This document shows positions 28,762 through 38,353 of a stretch of 64,000 nt of DNA, piece after piece. Position 1 is the first letter of the stretch. Every line of letters begins with the position of its first letter. Under the pieces are notes generated by a model. The model made no database searches and was not told the origin of the DNA. It saw only the letters and a list, made by a program, of their open reading frames with translations. Source of the DNA: an uncultured Actinomycetes bacterium (GTDB lineage Bacteria > Actinomycetota > UBA4738 > JBBDTT01); assembly GCA_963742735.1 (NCBI GenBank), contig CAVUMN010000004.1, forward strand, positions 1,056,001 through 1,120,000. Direction: 5' to 3'. The translations under genes were made by a program, and so were the position numbers.

Positions 28762-29308
28762 ATGCCCGGAGATGCGCTTATCGTCGTCGACGTGCAGGAG
28801 GGGTTCACGCGGCTCGGGAACCTCGCCAGCCCGGTGTGCACCGAGGCCATCCCGCGGATCGTCAGCGTCGTCGAGTCCGCCTTCAACGACGGCACTCCCG
28901 TCATCTTCACCAAGGACTCGCACGTCGAGAACGACCGCGAGTTCGAGATGTTCCCGCCGCACTGCATCGTGGGCACGCCCGAGCACGACCTGGTCGAGGA
29001 GCTGCGGCCCTTCGAGGGCCGCGCCACCGCGGTCATCGAGAAGCGCCGGTACTCCGCGTTCTTCGAGACCGACCTCGAGGGGCTGCTGCGAGAACCTCGG
29101 CGTCGAGGCGGTGCGCGTGGCCGGGCTGTGTACCGACATCTGCGTCCTGCACACCACCTCGGACCTGCGCAACCGCGACTACCCGGTGACCGTCCTGGCC
29201 GAGGGGTGTCAGACGTTCGACGCGCCGGGGCACGACCACGACGAGGTCAACCGGTGGGCGTTCGCCCACATGAAGGGGATCCTCGGCGCGACGGTCGAGG
29301 GGGAGTAG
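28762..29308 (+). CDS. Cysteine hydrolase (isochorismatase/nicotinamidase family); frameshift near 29090
   Basis: 'ALIVVDVQEGF', 'DSH', 'FPPHC', 'KRRYSAFFETDL', then 'GLCTDICVLHT' in the shifted frame. Confidence 0.88.
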
Positions 29309-29313
29309 CGGCG

Positions 29314-30233
29314 GTGGCCCGGACGCTGCGGGCCCTGATGGTCTGGCTCACGTCGCTGGGCTTCGTCCGCAGGTTGATCGCCGACTCGGCCATGGGCCGT
29401 CGCGTCGCCCGGCGGTTCGTGGCCGGCGACACCCTCGACGAGGCGATCAAGACTGCAGGCGACCTCAACGATCGCGGGCTGGGGGCCATGCTCGACCTCC
29501 TGGGCGAGAACGTGACCAACGAGGAGCAGGCCGAGCGGGCTGCGGCCGGCTACGCCGCGGCGCTCCGCCGGATCGAGGCCACCGGCCTGGACGACGCGAA
29601 CATCTCGATCAAGCTCACCCAGCTCGGCCTGGACATCTCCGAGGACCTCTGCGTGGCGAACTGCGAGCGGGTCCTGCGGGCGGCGAACGGGACGCTGGTG
29701 ATGATCGACATGGAGTCCTCGGAGTACACCGAGCGCACCATCACCGTCTTCGAGAAGCTCCGCGCCGGCCACGACAACGTCGGCGTGTGCCTGCAGGCCG
29801 CGCTGCACCGCACGCCCGCCGACGTGTTCCGCATCGCCGCTCCGAGCGTGCCGATCCGGCTGGCCAAGGGCGCGTACCTGGAGCCGCCGGAGATCGCGAT
29901 CTCGGATCCGCGGGAGGTCGAGCAGGCGTTCGCCCGACTGGCCGCGACGGTCCTGAGCCTGGGCGCGAGCCTGCACATCGCCACCCACAACCCCGGCCTC
30001 CTCAACGGCGCCCGCAGATATCTGACGGACCGTCAGATCCCGAAGGACCGCTACGAGTTCCAGATGCTCTACGGGATCCGGCGCGACCTGCAGGACGCGA
30101 CTGAACGCCGCGCGGGTTCCCCGTTCGGGTGTACGTCCCCTACGGCTCGGAGTGGTACCCGTACCTCACGCGGAGGCTCGTCGAGCGTCCGGCGAATGTA
30201 TGGTTCTTCCTCTCCAATCTCCTCAGGCGGTGA
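29314..30233 (+). CDS. Monofunctional proline dehydrogenase; frameshift(s) near 30100-30125
   Basis: 'RRFVAG', 'DLLGE', 'SIKLTQLG', 'IDME', 'RLAKGAY', 'IATH', 'EFQMLYG'. C-terminus 'RVYVPYGSEWYPYLTRRLVERPAN' lies in another frame ending TGA 30233. Confidence 0.9.
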
Positions 30234-30240
30234 CGACGAG

Positions 30241-31069
30241 ATGAGCCGGAAGGTCGCCTTCCTCGGCGGCGGAAAGATGGGCGAGGCCCTGATCTCGGGC
30301 CTGCTGCGCGGCGGCGGCCGCTCGGCCGACGAGATCATGGTCACCGTGCGCCGCGAGGAGCGCGCGAAGGAACTGGCCGAGCGCTACGCGATCCAGACCT
30401 CGCTCTCGAACGTGGACGCGGCGGAGTGGGCCGAGGTCCTGGTCCTGTCGGTGAAGCCGCAGGACATGGAGGCGCTGCTGGAGCAGCTCGACGGCTCGGT
30501 CACCGGCGAGACCCTCGTCGTCTCCCTGGCCGCCGGCATCCGGACCGGCTTCATCGAGAAGCGTCTCCCCGAGGGCGTCACGGTCGTGCGGGTCATGTCG
30601 AACGTCGCCGTCGAGGTGGACGAGGCCATGTCCGTGATCAGCGCCGGCACCCACGCCGAGGACAAGCACCTCGCCGATCGCCGAGGAGCTCCTGTCGAGC
30701 GTGGGCAAGGTCATCCGCCTGTCGGAGACCTACCAGGACGGCGTCACCGCGCTGTCCGGATCGGGCCCCGCGTACTTCTTCCTGCTGGCCGAGGCGATGA
30801 TCGACTCGGGCATCCTGCTGGGGATGCCCCGCGACGTGGCGACCGACCTGATCATCCAGACGATGGTCGGCTCGGCGAAGATGCTGCGCGACACCGGCAA
30901 GCACCCGGTCGAGCTTCGGGAGATGGTCACCAGCCCCGGCGGCACCACGATCGTGGCCATCAAGCACCTGGAGCAGGCCGGCATCCGGGCCGCGTTCCTG
31001 AACGCGATCGACGCCGCCCGGGACCGCAGCGCCGAGCTCGCCAAGGGCGACGAGGCCGAGACCATCTAG
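30241..31069 (+). CDS. proC: Pyrroline-5-carboxylate reductase; frameshift near 30675
   Basis: 'FLGGGKMGEA', 'VKPQ', 'SLAAG', then 'TALSGSGPAY' and 'VTSPGGTT' in the shifted frame. Confidence 0.92.
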
Positions 31070-31105
31070 ATTCAAGCCTTCAGACTCGCGAAAGGACCGA
31101 CAGAC

Positions 31106-31219
31106 ATGGGCAGAGGAGACCGGCCGAAGGTGGCGTGGGCGCGCAAGCGCGAGCGCAAGTTCAAGGACCGCGTGAAGCGCACGGCCGAGACGAAGGGCGC
31201 CGAGCGCAAGAAGAAGTAG
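31106..31219 (+). CDS. 37-aa highly basic small protein (MGRGDRPKVAWARKRERKFKDRVKRTAETKGAERKKK)
   Basis: AAAGGA upstream, ATG 31106, TAG 31217-31219, GC3-rich codons, fills the proC-hmgA gap. Below the ORF-track size cutoff. Confidence 0.7.
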   Translation: MGRGDRPKVAWARKRERKFKDRVKRTAETKGAERKKK

Positions 31220-31241
31220 CGCCGACCGAAAGGGGACGAGG

Positions 31242-32360
31242 ATGTTCCCGCTCTCGAAGGGCAGGGTGGCGAAGCAGGCGCACGTCGGCCTGCCGGACGG
31301 CACCTACGAGGAGGAGCACGGCCGCGAGGCGTTCGAGGGCCGGGCCTCCCACCTGTACCGCACGCACCCGCCCACGGGCTGGGTCCGCATCGACGGCGAC
31401 CTGCAGCCCCGCGCGTACGACCTGAACGGGCTCAAGCCCGAGGACCTCACCGACGCGGCCGGCGACTGGGCTCGCATCCTGCACAACGAGGACCTGGCGA
31501 TCTTCGTGTCGCGGCGGACCGAGCCGACGCCGTGGTTCCTCCGCGACGCCGACGGCGACCTCTGCTACTTCGTCCACCACGGCACGGGGATGCTCGAGAC
31601 CGACTATGGCCCGCTGCGGTATCGCGACGGCGACTACCTGGTGGTGCCGAAGGGCACGACGCACCGGCTCGTCCCGGACGGCTCGGGCGAGACGTTCCTC
31701 TACGTCGTCGAGGGCCGCGGCGAGTACCGGCTGCCGGAAAAGGGGATCCTGGGCAAGCACGCGCTGTTCGATCCCGGCGTCATCGAGACGCCCGAGCCCG
31801 ACCCGCACGACGAGGAGGGCGAGTTCGAGGTCCGGGTGAAGCGCGGCAACGAGTACACGAAGCTGACGTTCCAGTGGCACCCGCTGGACGTGGTCGGCTG
31901 GCAGGGCGACCTGTGCCCGCTCCGGGTGAACGTCGAGGACTTCCGGCCGGTCGTCTCGCCGCGCTACCACTTGCCGCCGTCGGTGCACGTGACGTTCCTC
32001 AACGACGGGTTCGAGATCGGGACCTTCGCGCCGCGGCCCACGGAGACGGGCGACCCGACCGCCCTGCGCGTCCCGTTCTTCCACTCGAACATCGACAAGG
32101 ACGAGGTCCTCTTCTACCACCGGGGCCAGTTCTTCTCGCGGGCGGGGATCGGCGAGGCGTTCATCACCCATCACCCGCAGGGCCTGCACCACGGGCCGCA
32201 GCAGGCCGCGATCGAGGCGAGCAAGACGAAGGAGTTCGCCGACGAGTACGCGATCATGGTCGAGGCCGACCTGCCGCTGGCCGCCACCGACGACCTGGCC
32301 GGCGTGGAGATCGACGGCTACGCCACGAGCTGGGCCCGAGGCATGGGCCTGATCGACTGA
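31242..32360 (+). CDS. hmgA: Homogentisate 1,2-dioxygenase
   Basis: 'EEEHGREAF', 'DADGD', 'HPLDVVGWQG', 'HLPPSVH', 'VPFFHSNID.DEV', 'HPQGLHHGP'. Confidence 0.9.
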   Translation: MFPLSKGRVAKQAHVGLPDGTYEEEHGREAFEGRASHLYRTHPPTGWVRIDGDLQPRAYDLNGLKPEDLTDAAGDWARILHNEDLAIFVSRRTEPTPWFLRDADGDLCYFVHHGTGMLETDYGPLRYRDGDYLVVPKGTTHRLVPDGSGETFLYVVEGRGEYRLPEKGILGKHALFDPGVIETPEPDPHDEEGEFEVRVKRGNEYTKLTFQWHPLDVVGWQGDLCPLRVNVEDFRPVVSPRYHLPPSVHVTFLNDGFEIGTFAPRPTETGDPTALRVPFFHSNIDKDEVLFYHRGQFFSRAGIGEAFITHHPQGLHHGPQQAAIEASKTKEFADEYAIMVEADLPLAATDDLAGVEIDGYATSWARGMGLID

Positions 32361-32364
32361 GGGG

Positions 32365-32505
32365 TCAGGCCGAGCGGAGCTGGGGGTCTTCGACGCGGTC
32401 GGGTCCTCGTTCGACCGTCTCGCGCAGCTCCCGGATCAGGGCGTCGAGGCGCAGCCGGCGGGCGGGGTCGAGCGCCTCGGCCGGCCGGCGATGAGGGGCG
32501 CTCAT
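32365..32505 (-). CDS. Hypothetical 46-aa protein
   Basis: ATGA overlap with the FAH stop; 'MSAPHRRPAEALDPARRLRLDALIRELRE'. Confidence 0.4.
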   Translation of the reverse strand: MSAPHRRPAEALDPARRLRLDALIRELRETVERGPDRVEDPQLRSA

Positions 32506-33386
32506 CGCCCACCGACCGTGTTGCGCAGGACCCCGATGCCCTCGACCTCGAGCTCGACGACGTCGTCCGGGGACAGGAACCGGCCCTGGTCCAGGCCGCA
32601 CCCCCCGCCGAACGTCCCCGAGCCGTACACGTCGCCCGGCCACACGTCCTCGCCGCGTGACACGTAGGCGATCATCTGCGCGAACGACCAACGGGCGTCG
32701 GCGAGGTGCCCCGCACCCCACACCTCGCCGTTCACCCTGGCCAGGAGTCGCGCGGAAGCCGGATCGAACTCGTCGGCCGTGACCACGCACGGGCCGAGGG
32801 ACGTCGCGAAGTCCTTGGACTTGGCCGGGCCGAGCCAGGCCGACATCTCCTTGGCCTGCAGGTCCCGGGCCGACCAGTCGTTCATGACGGTGTAGCCGAA
32901 GATCAACTTTTGAGCGTCGGCCTCGGAGAGGTCGCGCCCGCGTTTGCCGACGATGCACGCCACCTCGAGCTCGAAGTCGAGCTTCTCGGTGAACGGCGGC
33001 CAGTCGAGCGTCTCCTCGGGGCCGATCACGCTGCGGTGATTGCCCTTGTAGTAGACGGGGATCTCGTACCAGGCGTCGGGGACCTCGCCTCCGCGGCGCT
33101 CGGCGCCGAGCTTCGCGTGATCCTCGAAGGCCAGGAAGTCGCGCAGCGAGCTCGGGAGGATCGGGACCAGCAGCACGGGGTCCTCGACCACGAACTCCAT
33201 GACGTCCTCGTGCTCGAAGGCGGCGCGCGCCGCGTCCAGGGTCGTCCCCCCGTTGCGGGCCACCAGCGCCTCCATCGTGGAGGGGAACGCGGGATGCCCG
33301 ACCAGGTCGGGGAGATCGACGACGTGGCCCTCGTGAAGGGCCCCAAGCCTCCGTTCCCCCTGGCGTTCGTAGGTCACCAACCGCAT
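32502..33386 (-). CDS. Fumarylacetoacetate hydrolase family protein
   Basis: 'LRDFLAFEDH', 'LDFELE', 'NDWSARDLQ', 'AKSKDF', 'GDVYGSGT'; next to hmgA. Confidence 0.93.
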   Translation of the reverse strand: MRLVTYERQGERRLGALHEGHVVDLPDLVGHPAFPSTMEALVARNGGTTLDAARAAFEHEDVMEFVVEDPVLLVPILPSSLRDFLAFEDHAKLGAERRGGEVPDAWYEIPVYYKGNHRSVIGPEETLDWPPFTEKLDFELEVACIVGKRGRDLSEADAQKLIFGYTVMNDWSARDLQAKEMSAWLGPAKSKDFATSLGPCVVTADEFDPASARLLARVNGEVWGAGHLADARWSFAQMIAYVSRGEDVWPGDVYGSGTFGGGCGLDQGRFLSPDDVVELEVEGIGVLRNTVGGR

Positions 33387-33510
33387 ACCGACTCCGGTAC
33401 CTCAGGGGGGGAGGGAGCCGAATCGTAGCCACCCCCGGCCCGGGTTCAAGCACCTGCGGCCAACCTGTTACGTCTGTTGTCTGTCGTTACGAACTGTTTC
33501 TCCCGTCGAA

Positions 33511-34776
33511 TTACAGGAACAGCGGATCCCACTGGTTGGCGACCGCGTTGAGGGCCGAGAGGAGTCCCTCGTTGCCCCTCGGCTCCACCCGCAGGACCGC
33601 GTCGGGGATGCGGATGGAGTGCTGGCTGCCGTCCGCGAAGCGGACCCGTCGGTCGGCGGTGGCGAGGAACACCTGGGCCCGCTGCGGCGTGTCGTCGTCG
33701 GTGTCGGGGTCGGGGACCAGGAGCTTGAAGGTCGGGGTGAACTCCTGCGACAGGTCGCCGAACACCCACGACACGACGGTCGCGCCCGGGCCGGGCTCCT
33801 CGGCGAGCTCGCCGACGCCGTCCTCCTCGCGGAGCTCGAAGGACCGGCCGGTGCCCTCACTCCACGCCAGCAGCTGGGGCAGGACCAGGTCGGCCCAGAA
33901 CCGGGGGATCCGGTCGGTCGTGTTGTCGAGCATGAATCGGATCTTGCGGATGTTCGGGTTCTCCAGGGCGGGAACCAGAAAGTTGCGGAACCCCTCCGGG
34001 TAGCACAGACCGCCGAGCGGGACCTTGAACCAGTACATGATCCCCGCGCCGTTCTGGGCGAATTCGCGGCCGTCGCGGGCCACCGCCTCCCACGACCGGG
34101 CCAGCCGGACGTGCTCGGTCTCGGTGAGGGGCGCCGCGGCCTCGGGGGCGGGGGGCGGCGCGTGCTGCTCGAGGACCTTCTCGCCGTTCAGCCGGTCCAT
34201 GCACATCCCGAGGTTCGCGTTGTACGGCTCGAACAGCTCGATCGGCGTGTCGTGGGACTTCTTGCGCCACCGGCCGTGCTCGGTCCAGGCGATGCGGGCC
34301 TTGCGGATCCAGCTGAACGCGTCCATGTACACCGCACGGCTCACCAGGATGTGCCCGGCATCGGCTATCTCCATGGCCCGGGCGGCGCGGTCGACGTGGC
34401 TCCCGAACACGTCGGACTTCCCGAGGGCGTCGGCCTCCACGCTGACCTCACCCATGTCCAGGCCGATGCGGACCTGGATGTGCGGGTGGGCGTGGAAGCG
34501 CTCCTGGATCTCGATCGCGCGCTCCACGGCCACCGATGGGCGGTCCAGGATGGCCAGCAGCCCGTCGCCCGTGGACTTCACGATGGTGCCGGCGCCGTCC
34601 CGCGTGAGGATCTCGGTGACCAGCGCGTCGTGCTCCTTGCGCAGCATCTGGAACGCCTGCTCGTCGGACGCCGCCGCCATCTGCTCCTTGAGCACCGTGG
34701 AGCCCTTCATGTCGTCGAAGAAGACGACGTGGACCTCGGTCCGCTGACCCGCGGCGGCGCCCGGCGCTTCACTCAT
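33511..34776 (-). CDS. Class III nucleotide cyclase fused to an unrecognised C-terminal domain
   Basis: 'VFFDDMKGST', 'VKSTGDG', 'VRIGLDMGEV', 'DVFGSHVDRAAR'; Pro/Ala linker, then a ~200-aa alpha/beta domain. Confidence 0.85.
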   Translation of the reverse strand: MSEAPGAAAGQRTEVHVVFFDDMKGSTVLKEQMAAASDEQAFQMLRKEHDALVTEILTRDGAGTIVKSTGDGLLAILDRPSVAVERAIEIQERFHAHPHIQVRIGLDMGEVSVEADALGKSDVFGSHVDRAARAMEIADAGHILVSRAVYMDAFSWIRKARIAWTEHGRWRKKSHDTPIELFEPYNANLGMCMDRLNGEKVLEQHAPPPAPEAAAPLTETEHVRLARSWEAVARDGREFAQNGAGIMYWFKVPLGGLCYPEGFRNFLVPALENPNIRKIRFMLDNTTDRIPRFWADLVLPQLLAWSEGTGRSFELREEDGVGELAEEPGPGATVVSWVFGDLSQEFTPTFKLLVPDPDTDDDTPQRAQVFLATADRRVRFADGSQHSIRIPDAVLRVEPRGNEGLLSALNAVANQWDPLFL

Positions 34777-34779
34777 CGT

Positions 34780-36762
34780 TCAGCGCCACTCCAGGGCGAC
34801 GACCTCGACCGGCTCGGCGATGCCCTTCAGCGCCACCTCGCGCGGCTCCGAGAACGTTCGTCCCGCGCCGGCCGCCTCGGCGGTCTGCCGGCTGGTGAGG
34901 ACCTCGCCCCCGCCGGCGAGCGCCCCGATCCGGGCGGCCGCGTGGACGCCCACGCCGGTCCAGTCCTCGCCCTCGCGGGTGGCCTCGGCCAGGTGCATCC
35001 CGATGCGGACCTGCGGCGCGAACCCATGCTCGCGACGGTGCCGGTCCAGCGCCATCTGGATCTCGACCGCGCAGTCCAGGGCGGCACCGGGCTCCGCGAA
35101 GGTCACGAAGAACCCGTCGCCCATCGTGCGGACGACCTCGCCCCCGTGTTCGCCGACGAGCTTCGCGAGGGTGTCGTTGTGCCACCGAACCAGGTGCTCC
35201 CACGCCTCGTCACCGATCGCCTCCGCGAGGTTGGTGGACTGGACGATGTCGGTGAACATGAACACCCGGACCTCCCGGTCCCGCGTGCGCGTCGGGGAGA
35301 GCTCCTCCTCCAGGCGTTTGGCACGCTTGAGGTCGAGCTTGGCCCCGAGGTCCTCGAGGGCCATGCGCGCCGCCCGCGCCTCCAGCAGTCCCTGGTCCGT
35401 TCGGCCGGCGGCGCCCAGCGCCTCCGCCAGGCGAAGCCGCACCAGGGCCGTCTCGTAGGGCGCCCCGACGCCGCGCCACAGACCGGCCGCCGTCTCGAGC
35501 TCGTTCCGCGCCGTCTCGAGGTCCGCGCCGCCGAGCGCCACCACGCCCCGCGCGGCGGCCGCCGTGGCGTTCAGCGCGGTGCTCCGGTAGCGCTCCGCGA
35601 TTCCCGACAGCTCCTCCGAGGCGGCGCGGGCGCGATCCAGGTCGCCCGCCGCCACGGCCACCTCGGCCTGCACGGCGAGGAACGGCGCGCGGCGGAGCTC
35701 GGTGTGGGGCGGCGTCTCGAAGCTCGGCAGGTCGTGTGGGTGGTCGAGGGCGTCGCCGATGGTCGCGGCGGCCGAGGCGACGTCGCCGCGGGCGAGAGCC
35801 AGTCGGGCCAGGCCAACCTGCGGCGGCCACCCGAGCTGATGGGCGCGGGCCAGGGCGTCCTCGGTACCGGGCAGGTCCCCCATGCGCAGGCGCACGCCGG
35901 CGAGCTCGGACATGATCCAGCCGCGTTCGTGCTCCGACGCGTGGCCGCGGAGCTCCCCGAGGGCGGTCTCGATCTCCCGCGTCGCCTCCTCGTTGGCGCC
36001 GCGCAGCCGGAGGACCTGCGCGCGATGGACGCGGCACCGTCCTCGCGTCCCGCCGGTCTCGTGCTCGGTGTAGTTCAGGCGCATGGCCTCGCTCCACTGG
36101 TCCGCGCGCTCGAACTCGGACAGGGCCTGCCAGGAGCACATGACCCGGCAGAAGACCATCCCCGCCATGACCGGATCCGTCGCGCCGGAGCTGGCCGCGA
36201 GCACGGCCTCGTCGAGGAGGCGCAGCCCCTCGTCGACCTCCCCCTGCAGGATGAGGATCTGGCCCACGCCGAGCTTTCCCAGCATGATCGTCATCGGGTC
36301 GTCGAACTGGGTGCCGATGTCCAGGGAACGCCGGGCGTCGGCCATCGCCTCATCGAGGTTGCCGAGCACCATGTGGCTGGTCGATCGCATGGTCAGGAGC
36401 ATCGCCATGAGCGGCGAGTCGCCCGAGTCCTGGAGCATCCGCTCGCCCCGGGCCACCCACGCCTGAGCGGGGAGGAACAGGTCGCGCTCGAGCATGAGGC
36501 CTGCGACCTCGGCCGCCGCCGCCGCCGCCGCCTCGTGATCGCCCCGCCGTGCCGCGGCGTGGTGTTCGCGCTCCCACACCCTCGCGGCCTCGTCGAGGTG
36601 GCCGGTGAAGTAGGCCGCGCCGCCGAACATCGGGAGGGTCTCGGCGTCCAGGCGGTCGTCCTGCGCCAGGGGGCTCAGCGCCTCGTAGGCGGCCCTCCAG
36701 TCCTGACGCCCCATCGCCTCGCGCGCCTCGGCGAGGGCGACCTCGTCGGCAACCTGGCTCAT
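34780..36762 (-). CDS. TPR-repeat protein with C-terminal class III nucleotide cyclase
   Basis: LuxR-associated-type TPR region ('CRVHRAQVLRLRG', 'APYETA'), then 'FMFTDIVQST', 'MGDGFF', 'VRIGMH', 'VHAAARI'. Confidence 0.88.
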   Translation of the reverse strand: MSQVADEVALAEAREAMGRQDWRAAYEALSPLAQDDRLDAETLPMFGGAAYFTGHLDEAARVWEREHHAAARRGDHEAAAAAAAEVAGLMLERDLFLPAQAWVARGERMLQDSGDSPLMAMLLTMRSTSHMVLGNLDEAMADARRSLDIGTQFDDPMTIMLGKLGVGQILILQGEVDEGLRLLDEAVLAASSGATDPVMAGMVFCRVMCSWQALSEFERADQWSEAMRLNYTEHETGGTRGRCRVHRAQVLRLRGANEEATREIETALGELRGHASEHERGWIMSELAGVRLRMGDLPGTEDALARAHQLGWPPQVGLARLALARGDVASAAATIGDALDHPHDLPSFETPPHTELRRAPFLAVQAEVAVAAGDLDRARAASEELSGIAERYRSTALNATAAAARGVVALGGADLETARNELETAAGLWRGVGAPYETALVRLRLAEALGAAGRTDQGLLEARAARMALEDLGAKLDLKRAKRLEEELSPTRTRDREVRVFMFTDIVQSTNLAEAIGDEAWEHLVRWHNDTLAKLVGEHGGEVVRTMGDGFFVTFAEPGAALDCAVEIQMALDRHRREHGFAPQVRIGMHLAEATREGEDWTGVGVHAAARIGALAGGGEVLTSRQTAEAAGAGRTFSEPREVALKGIAEPVEVVALEWR

Positions 36763-36858
36763 CGTTCCAAGCCTCCCGTGGCGATTGTAGGCACGGGTCG
36801 CGTCCGGCTGAAGGGTACGATCGCACCGGCACGTCAACGAGGCAAAGGAGCCGCGGCG

Positions 36859-38343
36859 ATGGCGGACGAGTACCTGAACCACATCGGCGGGAAGTGGGTG
36901 CCGGCCTCGAACGGGGAGACGTTCGAGTCGCGGAACCCGGCGGACACCGACGACCTGGTCGGCGTGGTGGCGAAGGGCACGGCCGACGACGTCGATGCGG
37001 CGGTCCGCGCGGCGGCCGACGCGTACCCGGACTGGCTCCTCACCCCCGTACCCAAGCGCGCCGACTACGTCCTGCGCGCCGGGCTGATCCTGGAGCAGCG
37101 CAAGGAGGAGCTCTCGCGCCTGATGACGCGGGAGATGGGCAAGACCCTCCGCGAGACGCGCGCCGACGTGCAAGAGGGGATCGACTTCTGCTTCTACATG
37201 GCCGGCGAGGGACGCCGGTTCTTCGGGCAGACCATGCCGAGCGAGCTGCCCTCGAAGTTCTCGATGACGGTCCGCCATCCCATCGGCGTCATGGGCCTGA
37301 TCACGCCCTGGAACTTCCCGATCGCGATCCCGCTGTGGAAGATCGCCCCCGCGCTACTCTCCGGGTGCACCAGCGTGTTCAAGCCGGCCGAGGACACGCC
37401 GGTGCTGGCCACGATCCTGGTGCAGATCTTCGAGGAGGTCGGCCTGCCCCCCGGCGTGCTGAACCTGGTCAACGGGATCGGCGAGGAGGCCGGCGCCGCG
37501 CTGGTGAGCCATCCCGGCGTTCGCGGGATCAGCTTCACCGGCTCGCTCGAGGTGGGCCGGATGATCAACGAGCAGTGCGCGGCCGAGATGAAGCGGTGCT
37601 CGCTGGAGCTGGGATCCAAGAACTGCCTGATCGTGATGCCCGACGCCGACCTGGACCTCGCCGTCGAGGCGGGGGCGTGGGGCGCCTTCGCCACCGCCGG
37701 GCAGCGGTGCACCGCCACCTCCCGGATCGCCGTCCACGCCGACGTGAAGGACGCCTACCGCGACCGGCTGCTGGAGCGGGTGGCCACCCTCAAGCCCGGC
37801 AACGGCCTGGACGAGTCGGTGGAGCTCGCCCCGGTGATCAACGCGAAGCAGAAGGCGCGGATCCTGGAGTACATCGAGATCGGCAAGGCCGAGGGCGCCG
37901 TCCTGGTCGCCGGGGGCGAGGCCCTGAGCGGCCCGGAGTTCGACAAGGGGAACTTCGTGGCGGCGACCGTGTTCGACGACATGCGCCCGGACATGCGGAT
38001 CGCCCAGGAGGAGATCTTCGGCCCGGTGACCGGGCTGATGACCGTCCAGGACGTGGACGAGGCCATCGCCGTGGCCAACTCGACCAACTACGGCCTGTCC
38101 TGCTCGATCTACACCCACGACATCACCAACGTGTTCAAGGCCATCCAGCAGCTGGAGTTCGGCGTGGTCTACGTGAACGCGCCGACGATCGGCGCGGAGG
38201 TCCAGATCCCGTTCGGGGGGATGAAGCACACCGGCAACGGCCACCGCGAGGCCGGCCCCCAGGCCCTCGACGAGTTCACGGAGTGGAAGGCCGTGTCCGT
38301 GGACTTCTCGGGGAAGGTCCAGAAGGCCCAGATGGGCGACTGA
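36859..38343 (+). CDS. NAD-dependent aldehyde dehydrogenase
   Basis: 'ITPWNFP', 'KPAE', 'SFTGS', 'LELGSKN', 'AGQRCTA', 'EEIFGP', 'PFGG'; AAGGAG RBS. Confidence 0.96.
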   Translation: MADEYLNHIGGKWVPASNGETFESRNPADTDDLVGVVAKGTADDVDAAVRAAADAYPDWLLTPVPKRADYVLRAGLILEQRKEELSRLMTREMGKTLRETRADVQEGIDFCFYMAGEGRRFFGQTMPSELPSKFSMTVRHPIGVMGLITPWNFPIAIPLWKIAPALLSGCTSVFKPAEDTPVLATILVQIFEEVGLPPGVLNLVNGIGEEAGAALVSHPGVRGISFTGSLEVGRMINEQCAAEMKRCSLELGSKNCLIVMPDADLDLAVEAGAWGAFATAGQRCTATSRIAVHADVKDAYRDRLLERVATLKPGNGLDESVELAPVINAKQKARILEYIEIGKAEGAVLVAGGEALSGPEFDKGNFVAATVFDDMRPDMRIAQEEIFGPVTGLMTVQDVDEAIAVANSTNYGLSCSIYTHDITNVFKAIQQLEFGVVYVNAPTIGAEVQIPFGGMKHTGNGHREAGPQALDEFTEWKAVSVDFSGKVQKAQMGD

Positions 38344-38353
38344 GGCTGCGCGG

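Noticed and set aside
28642-31425. Apparent 927-aa fusion of cysteine hydrolase, proline dehydrogenase and ProC
   Set aside because: Artefact of frameshifts. Each gene has its own C-terminus and stop in another frame (29308, 30233, 31069).
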